This document shows positions 1-7,300 of a stretch of DNA of 52,255 nt, one piece after another (position 1 is the first letter of the stretch; every line of letters starts with the position of its first letter). Location: positions 1 through 52,255 of the IMG/VR virus record IMGVR_UViG_3300025099_000030; one strand, 5' to 3'. The notes beneath the pieces are model-generated. The model did no database searches. It saw only the letters and a program-made list of their open reading frames with translations, and was not told the DNA's origin. Source of the DNA: a virus (taxonomy: Duplodnaviria; Caudoviricetes). A program made the translations under genes and the position numbers.

Positions 1-1
1 C

Positions 2-100
2 TCTGAAAAACGTAAGGCTGTGGCTGAAAAGAAACGTGTAGGTATGGGTAAACGTACATCGCAGATAAGAAGAAAGAAAACAAAACGTAAAAAGAAATAA
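2..100 (+). CDS. 3' end of small, highly basic hypothetical protein (truncated by window edge)
   Basis: Manual translation SEKRKAVAEKKRVGMGKRTSQIRRKKTKRKKK*; stop 2 nt before next ATG. Confidence 0.7.
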   Translation, partial: SEKRKAVAEKKRVGMGKRTSQIRRKKTKRKKK

Positions 101-102
101 TC

Positions 103-237
103 ATGGGTAAAAAAGGAACAACAGTAATGCCGGGTGTTTATAAAATGCTTAAAGGCAGAACTGAATCATCGAAACTATTGGGTCTAAAGAAAAAGTCTCC
201 AGCTAAAAGAATGAGCTATGGCTCAAATAAATATTAA
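103..237 (+). CDS. 44-aa basic hypothetical protein (not in ORF track)
   Basis: MGKKGTTVMPGVYKMLKGRTESSKLLGLKKKSPAKRMSYGSNKY*; fills the gap exactly and shares MPGV and KRM with the next ORF. Confidence 0.7.
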   Translation: MGKKGTTVMPGVYKMLKGRTESSKLLGLKKKSPAKRMSYGSNKY

Positions 238-240
238 GCT

Positions 241-528
241 ATGCCAGGTGTAGGAAGAAATAGCTATAAGGCAGCAATGCAAAAAGCTAAAGAATTAGGG
301 GCTAAAAAAGCAGCCGCCACTAAAAGAATGACTGGTGGTGGATATGGAATTACTAGATTAAACAGCGATAGGCCCTCAGACTCTATGCCTTCACAAGCGC
401 TGAATAGATTTAATTATGGTTTTCCTAGAATGAGTAGAAATTTTATGGAAGCAATAGAACAAGACCCAGACGCTAATGCTAGTATTAAAAAAGCAGTGGC
501 AAAGGAAAGAGCAAAGCTAGATGAATAG
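241..528 (+). CDS. small basic hypothetical protein, possible capsid-internal protein
   Basis: Tightly packed ORF with four copies of a xx-hydrophobic-x-R-hydrophobic-like motif. Confidence 0.75.
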   Translation: MPGVGRNSYKAAMQKAKELGAKKAAATKRMTGGGYGITRLNSDRPSDSMPSQALNRFNYGFPRMSRNFMEAIEQDPDANASIKKAVAKERAKLDE

Positions 529-547
529 TATACTGCTTTAAAAAAAA

Positions 548-733
548 ATGAAACAGTTGCTTGCTACCTTATTGTTAATTTTAAGCTACTCCTGCGGTTC
601 TATAAAAGGCCAGGCGTATATAGATATTAACGAAAACGTTGATTACGAAAGAAACGAAGATCTTAGATATAGAACACGTTTTAAGGTAGGCTATAAAATA
701 TACTTAGGAGATAAACACGCAATTAAAAAATAA
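548..733 (+). CDS. putative small lipoprotein
   Basis: MKQ + hydrophobic stretch + SYS-C lipobox-like site; TAATG coupling to next gene. Confidence 0.55.
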   Translation: MKQLLATLLLILSYSCGSIKGQAYIDINENVDYERNEDLRYRTRFKVGYKIYLGDKHAIKK

Positions 734-1053
734 TGACTTATACTTGGAATAACAAAACAGTAGACACGTATCCTACACTGGGTAGTAATGCAGACGTTAT
801 ATTTAACGTGCATTGGAAACTTACAGGAACAGATGACAGCGACAATACTGGCAGCGTTTATGGAACGCAATCACTAGAGACTTCTGACCTTTCAGACTTT
901 ACCTCCTTTGCAGATATTACAGAGGAGCAGGTTAATGGCTGGGTAGAAGCAGCAATAGGGGAAGAAGAAGTAGCCGGGCTAAAGGCTAATATAGATTCTC
1001 AAATTGAAGAAAAAATAAATCCCAAAGTAGTTACAAAGACTATTGGAGAATAA
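733..1053 (+). CDS. hypothetical phage protein, type often found near tail-fibre genes
   Basis: Acidic 106-aa ORF (MTYTW...VIFNVHWKLTG...ITEEQVNGWV); family recalled from marine phages, not verified. Confidence 0.65.
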   Translation: MTYTWNNKTVDTYPTLGSNADVIFNVHWKLTGTDDSDNTGSVYGTQSLETSDLSDFTSFADITEEQVNGWVEAAIGEEEVAGLKANIDSQIEEKINPKVVTKTIGE

Positions 1054-1082
1054 ATAATTATTAACATTTAAATAAAAACAAA

Positions 1083-1316
1083 ATGGCAAAAAAAGAAAAG
1101 ACAGCTATTACAATTGATGACAAAGAGTATTTCTACGAAGATTTATCAAAAGAACAGCAAATAATTGTTAATCACATTTCAGACTTGCAGCGCAAGATTA
1201 GTTCAAGTGAGTTTAACTTACAGCAGTTAAGCTTTGGTAAAGATGCTTTTGTTGACGCTTTAAAAAAAGCGCTAGAAGAAGAGCAAAATAAAGAAGAAGA
1301 AGAAGCACACAATTAA
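1083..1316 (+). CDS. hypothetical coiled-coil protein
   Basis: ITIDDKEY N-terminus followed by heptad-like helix; A-rich start context. Confidence 0.7.
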   Translation: MAKKEKTAITIDDKEYFYEDLSKEQQIIVNHISDLQRKISSSEFNLQQLSFGKDAFVDALKKALEEEQNKEEEEAHN

Positions 1317-1327
1317 AAAATAATATT

Positions 1328-1414
1328 ATGTCAGAAGAAAAAAAAGAAGTAGCAAAAAAAGAAAAAGTACAAAAGCCTAAGCCGGCACCAAAACCTTATG
1401 TAGACATAAGATAA
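1328..1414 (+). CDS. 28-aa K/E/P-rich peptide (not in ORF track)
   Basis: MSEEKKEVAKKEKVQKPKPAPKPYVDIR*; TAATG overlap with next start. Confidence 0.55.
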   Translation: MSEEKKEVAKKEKVQKPKPAPKPYVDIR

Positions 1415-1653
1415 TGCCACAAAAATTATCTCCTGCGGCCCGCAAAAGAAAAGCGGCTCGTGACCTTGCATATGCTAAAACTCCCCGGCGTCGAGCGATG
1501 AAGGCGGAGAATCAAAGAAAAAGACGCAGTGCACTCAAAAGGGGATTGAACATACAAGGTAAAGACTATGACCACAATAAAAAGAAGTTTGTACCAGTTA
1601 AAACAAACAGAGGAGGTTATGGTAAAGGTACTAAAAAATACAATACAAAATGA
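1414..1653 (+). CDS. basic hypothetical protein with degenerate HNH-like motif
   Basis: K/R-rich; GKDYDH...KTNRG resembles minimal HNH-like phage proteins. Confidence 0.65.
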   Translation: MPQKLSPAARKRKAARDLAYAKTPRRRAMKAENQRKRRSALKRGLNIQGKDYDHNKKKFVPVKTNRGGYGKGTKKYNTK

Positions 1654-2027
1654 GCACAACACCTATTACAACTAGAGTCAAAGCTAGTTCTAAATCTAGC
1701 TCTTGCACTTGTGGGTGCGGTGAATGTGGCCCGCTTACAAGAAGAAAGTCAAACGCACCTTCAAGAAAAAAATCTAAGGGTTACTATGCTAAAGTAAAAA
1801 AGGGCAGAGGGTCTGGTTCTAAAGCAGGAGGCGGGATGACCGCAAAAGGAGTAGCTAAATACAGAAAAGATAATCCAGGGTCAAAGCTTAAAACAGCTGT
1901 GACAACTTCACCCTCAAAACTAAAAAGAGGAAGTAAAGCCTGGAAGCGTAGAAAATCATTTTGTGCCAGATCGAGAAGCTGGAAGTCAGAGCGTGGTAAA
2001 GCAGCACGCCGTAAATGGAACTGCTAA
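1650..2027 (+). CDS. very basic hypothetical protein (DUF6321-like)
   Basis: GGMTAKGVAKYRKDNPGSKLK...RRKSFCARS...ARRKWNC; N-terminal CTCGCGEC cluster; ATGA overlap. Confidence 0.7.
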   Translation: MSTTPITTRVKASSKSSSCTCGCGECGPLTRRKSNAPSRKKSKGYYAKVKKGRGSGSKAGGGMTAKGVAKYRKDNPGSKLKTAVTTSPSKLKRGSKAWKRRKSFCARSRSWKSERGKAARRKWNC

Positions 2028-2056
2028 TATAACTTATATCAATCAAATTAAATTAA

Positions 2057-3655
2057 ATGGCAATACAATTCGGATCGCCTAAAGTAGTTAAAGAGCTTAG
2101 CTTCAGTACAGATGCTAAGCAAAAACTAATAGACGGCATTAATAAACTAGCAAAAGCAGTGGGTAGTACACTCGGCGCATCAGGAAGAACAGTAGTTCTT
2201 GAAGATGACTTTGGCAACCCACACGTCACTAAAGACGGGGTTACTGTAGCAAACTACATTAATTTAGAAGACTCAGTAGAAAACCTAGGTGTTACTATGC
2301 TTAAGCAAGCTTCTCGCCAAACTGCGTCTAAAGCAGGTGATGGCACAACAACCTCAACAGTATTAGCGCAAGCTATAATTCACAACTACTTTAATCAAAA
2401 GGGAGAAGAATATTCTTTTAGAGATATTAAAAATGGTATTTCAGCTTTTGCAAAGCATACTATAAAAGAATTAGAAAAAAGAAGTGTTCCCGTTGATGAT
2501 AAAAGATTAAACCAAGTTTCTAGAATATCAGCCAATAATGACACTGAGCTTGGTGACTTTATAGCGGAAGCATTTAAATCCGCGGGAGATAACGGAGTAG
2601 TTACAATGGAAACATCTCCTAGCAACGAAACGTACATAGATGTAGTAGATGGAACACATATTAATGCTACATCAAAAAGTATACACTTCTATACTAATAG
2701 AGAAAAAGAAGTAAGTGAACTGGATAAACCATTAGTATTCTTATGTGCATCCGAGGTAAACAATATTAGAAGAATACAAACAATACTTGAGCATGCGATC
2801 AAGTCCAACAGGTCGTTATTGCTTATTGCCCCTTGCGAACAGCAGGTAGTGTCAGCTTTAGCAATGAATCACGTAAAGGGCAATATTAAGTGTAATATCA
2901 TAGATCCTCCGTCGTTTGGGCTGAAGCGTAAGGACATACTAGATGATATTGCCCTTCTAACGGGTGCAACTGTTATTGATGAGAACTTAGGTGACTCACT
3001 GGATAACATCACCCCAGAAGTGTTAGGACAGGCCGATAAGGCTATCATAGATAATGACGGTACTACTCTTGCTATAAAAGAAGTATCACAAGAAGTTACA
3101 GAACGCGTAGATTATTTAAAAGCGCAGTTAGATGAAGAAGAGCACCATGTAATGCGCCCTCATATTGAAAACAGATTGGCAATATTGTCAGGCGGAGTTT
3201 CTATAGTATATGTAGGCGGCGATACAGATGTTGAAGTTTCAGAAAAGAAAGATAGAGTTGACGATGCTATACACGCCGTTAGAGCCGCAAAGAAGGAAGG
3301 CATACTTCCAGGTGGGGGTTCAGCACTAGTGCATACGGCAAACTCTGACTGGCAAATGAAACTTAACCCCGGTGAGCTTAAAGGTGTAAGTATATTGAAA
3401 CAATCTTTATACGCACCTTTTTTACTTATACTTAGTAATGCAGGACTAGATTCTACAAAGTATACTGAGCTAGGCAAATGGGGAAGTGGGGTAGACGTTA
3501 TAGATGGCAAAATCAAAGACATGCGCAAAGCAGGTATTATTGATCCTCTTCTTGTAACCAAGTCGGCACTTCAAAATGCTATATCTGTAGCTACTACTAT
3601 TCTTTCAACTGATTGTGTAATTTCAAATGTAAGAGAAGGTGAAAGCAATAGGTAG
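2057..3655 (+). CDS. groEL: chaperonin GroEL (phage-encoded)
   Basis: VTKDGVTVA, AGDGTTT ATP-binding loop, KKDRVDDA, EGILPGGG, GIIDP motifs; 532 aa; no GGM tail. Confidence 0.97.
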   Translation: MAIQFGSPKVVKELSFSTDAKQKLIDGINKLAKAVGSTLGASGRTVVLEDDFGNPHVTKDGVTVANYINLEDSVENLGVTMLKQASRQTASKAGDGTTTSTVLAQAIIHNYFNQKGEEYSFRDIKNGISAFAKHTIKELEKRSVPVDDKRLNQVSRISANNDTELGDFIAEAFKSAGDNGVVTMETSPSNETYIDVVDGTHINATSKSIHFYTNREKEVSELDKPLVFLCASEVNNIRRIQTILEHAIKSNRSLLLIAPCEQQVVSALAMNHVKGNIKCNIIDPPSFGLKRKDILDDIALLTGATVIDENLGDSLDNITPEVLGQADKAIIDNDGTTLAIKEVSQEVTERVDYLKAQLDEEEHHVMRPHIENRLAILSGGVSIVYVGGDTDVEVSEKKDRVDDAIHAVRAAKKEGILPGGGSALVHTANSDWQMKLNPGELKGVSILKQSLYAPFLLILSNAGLDSTKYTELGKWGSGVDVIDGKIKDMRKAGIIDPLLVTKSALQNAISVATTILSTDCVISNVREGESNR

Positions 3656-3899
3656 ATACATTATTATCTCTGAGATAAAAGAAGATATAAAGAAAACAGA
3701 CGGTGGGCTGCTACTTGCAGAAAACCACCGCGAAGATATAAGATACCGTACTGCAGATGTTATTTCTGTAGGAACAACGGTAGAGGGTGTAAATATAGAT
3801 GACAAAATATATTATGACAGGCATGCTGGACATAATATAGAAATTGGTAAAGATATTTATAAAGTTATACAAGAGCAAGATGTTATAATAGTATTGTAA
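3639..3899 (+). CDS. groES: co-chaperonin GroES
   Basis: GTG start; KKTDGGLLL mobile loop, VISVG, IQEQDV; directly after groEL. Confidence 0.9.
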   Translation: MKAIGRYIIISEIKEDIKKTDGGLLLAENHREDIRYRTADVISVGTTVEGVNIDDKIYYDRHAGHNIEIGKDIYKVIQEQDVIIVL

Positions 3900-4345
3900 T
3901 GGACAGAAGCGATTTTTTAGAGCGAGGCGAACTAAAAGTTGACTTTCTTAAATATTACAGGCTTGTGTCTCGCTGGGCTTGTAAAGAAAACAATATATCA
4001 ATATCAGATTTAGAATTGTTATTTTATTTAGATCCTATTAAATACTTTACTATAAAAGACTTTCAAAATGGCACAATGTATTATCATTGGGACAGGCAAC
4101 GTTTTTACAGGTTGCAAAGAGAAGATTGGATTGAAAAGATACATAAAGGTAATGGTCGCTTGGGTGATCATAATAAGTACAAGGTGTCTTTTAAAGGCAA
4201 GAGACTTATTAATAGAATTTACAAAATATTAATAAGTGAAGAAGATATGCCTTTATCCGCCAAACGAGGGTTTGGAAAGCGTGAGAGTTATGTAGATAAA
4301 GTATATGCAAACGCAATAGATAAATTTAACAAAGATAAATTATAA
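3899..4345 (+). CDS. hypothetical protein, possible winged-helix DNA-binding protein
   Basis: ISISDLELLFYL...RLQREDWIEK...YKVSFKGKRLI resembles MarR-like wHTH layout. Confidence 0.5.
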   Translation: MDRSDFLERGELKVDFLKYYRLVSRWACKENNISISDLELLFYLDPIKYFTIKDFQNGTMYYHWDRQRFYRLQREDWIEKIHKGNGRLGDHNKYKVSFKGKRLINRIYKILISEEDMPLSAKRGFGKRESYVDKVYANAIDKFNKDKL

Positions 4346-7300
4346 ATGGCTAGAATATCCCAGTACGATCAGGACGGCACTTTAAACAAGCTAGACAAGG
4401 TACTCGGCACTGACAGTACTACTGGTGCTACTAAAAATTACAGTATTGAGTCTATGATAGGCCTTGTCAACAGCGATGATCTCGTTGATGTTTTTGACGG
4501 GGTATCTTATGCTTTTAAAGATTATGCGGCCGGATCAACAACACCAAAAGGTATTATAAACCTTAATGCGGGAGCTGCTTCTAATGCTGCTTTTAGTGCT
4601 ATCAATCAAATATATATATCTGTATTAGACAAGCAAGGTAACTCTATAGCAAATTATTTAGACGACACTCTAAATGGTCAAATTAGAATAGTACAAAAAT
4701 CTAATATTGATGTATACGGTGTTTTTGAAGTTACCGCTATTACTAACCATGATAGCGCAGCTTATAAAAAGTTAACTGTTACACCGAAAATCAATAATGG
4801 TAATATAACAGTAAATGGAGAATATTTTATTTCAAACTTTTCTGCTGTATTTGATCAAGACTTTTCTGATGATTCTGTAACAGAATTTGGTGATGTAACA
4901 AACGCAGGGTCTGGACAGATTATAACCAGTGCTGAAAGAACTAGTTTAAATAACTTTACAGCTAATGGGCTTTTGCACGCAGACGTTGTAAATACCGTAA
5001 CTTCTACCGCTACAAATGTACCATTGTCGGCTGCCCAAGGAAAAGTATTAAAAGATTTAATTGATACTATAAATGCGCTTTTAACAAGTGACAATACAGA
5101 TTTAGACTCACTTCAAGAGGTTGTAGATTTTATAGAAGCAAATAAAAGTACTTTAGATAGTTTAAGCATAAGCAACATCGCCGGCCTCCAAGCAGCTTTA
5201 GACGCTAAACAAGCTACAGAAACAGGTAAAGGATTATCAGCTAATGATTTTACTGCAGCTTTACTTACTAAATTAAACGGAATAGCCGCGCAAGCGGAAG
5301 TTAATGTAAACGCTAACTGGAATGAAACAAATTCTAATAGTGATGCATTTATTCAAAATAAGCCAACTGACTTAACAACTTTATCAGCGCATGGCGTAAC
5401 CGAGCTTTCAGATATAACATCCGCTGGATCAGGTAGTATTATATCTTCAGCAGAAAGAACAAAATTAACTGGTATAGAAACCTCTGCAGACGTAACAGAC
5501 ACTACAAACGTTACAGCCGCAGGCGCTCTAATGGATTCAGAAGTGACTAACTTGTCACAGGTAAAGGCGTTTGATACTACTGATTATGCTACAGCCGCGC
5601 AAGGAGCTAAAGCCGATAGCGCACAACAACCCCCTTCTGAGGGTGCTTTTGTGGACGGCGATAAAACAAAACTAGACAATACAATTAGCAGCACAGGCTC
5701 CGGCGTAGCTAACAAAATAGTTATTTGGTCAGGAGCAAGTACATTAACCCAAGATACTAACCTACATTGGGACACTTCTAACGACAGGCTAGGAATAGGG
5801 ACTACTAGCCCTTCACATATACTTACTTTGGAGAGTGCAAGTAGCCCCGCTTTAAAAATAAAAGACACTACACAGGGAACTACTTTATTGGCATTTAGCC
5901 AAGATGCTAACTCGCATATAGGTACTTTTAGTAACCATCCGTTGGTTTTTGACACTAATAGTGCTGAACGAATGCGCATAAACTCCTCAGGCGACGTAGG
6001 GATAGGTACTGATAGCCCACAAGCTAAGTTGGATGTAGTTGTTAGCGATGTAAGTGTGAGTCCTAATGGAAATAGTTCAGCTGTGTTTAGGAGAAATGGT
6101 GATAATTATATATCATTATTAAGCAGCACAGCGGGAGAAGGCGGAGTATTGTTTGGAAATTCAGGTGATGCTGCTGACGGTTGGTTAGCATATAAAAATG
6201 GTTCAGGTAATCAATATATAACAATAGGGACTGCTAACTCCGAAAAAATGCGCATAGACTCCGCAGGTAAAGTTGGGATTGGTCACTCAGTATTATATCA
6301 CAAATTTAGTGTAAATGGTAATATTGATATTAGAGGTGGAAATGGCAGTTTTTTAACATTTAATAATGGCGACGCTAAAATTATTGCAAACAATAACGGC
6401 GCTGGTAGAGATTTATCATTTGAAACCTACAATGGCTCATCTTCCGCAGAAAGAATGCGTATAACCGCTGGTGGCGAGGTAGGAATAGGCACTACTAGCC
6501 CAGATGCTAAATTAGACATTCAAGGCGATGGTGCAGATTTTTTCTTACAATCAGCCGACTTTAAAATAGCTAGAATACAGCCAAGAGGTACTGGGGCAAA
6601 TTTAGATAAAGGATTGTTTTCTTTATTTGATGGTTCAGCAGAAAACGTTAGAATTGACACTGAAGGAAATTCTTGGTTAAACGGGGGTAATGTGGGCATA
6701 GGACATACAAGTCCCACCGCTCCCCTTGATGTCCGCAGGTCAGACGCTAGTGGTAGAGTAGCTGAATTTCACAATAATGTTGGCTATGGTATTAATATTG
6801 ATGTGGAGAGTGACGGGGGTGTTAACACTATTGGCACAGCAACTAACCAAGCGTTAGCCTTTGTAACAAATGGGGGCTCAAATGAAAGAATGCGCATTGA
6901 TGTAGCAGGCAACGTAGGCATTGGGACTTCTAGTCCTACTTCTGTTGGGGGTGGAGCAAAATTAACTGTTTTGCAAGGCGCAGATGGAAATATTGTGTTT
7001 GCAAGAGGAGGCTCTACAAGGCAAGTTCAATTAGGAACAACTTCTACTACTGGGTATATAAATGCAGATAACGCTTCTGGTGGATTAACATTTAATGTAA
7101 ATACCACCGAAAGAATGAGGTTAAATACCTCAGGTAATTTAGGCATAGGGACTAGTAGTCCCTCCGAAAAATTAACTGTATCTGGAAATGGAAACTTTAC
7201 TGGAAAACTTGCGGTTGGCTCTACAGCATCTCACTCCACATATGAATTTTACAACCAGGATAGAGCTTATTTCAATGGTGCGGTAATTGTTGATGATACT

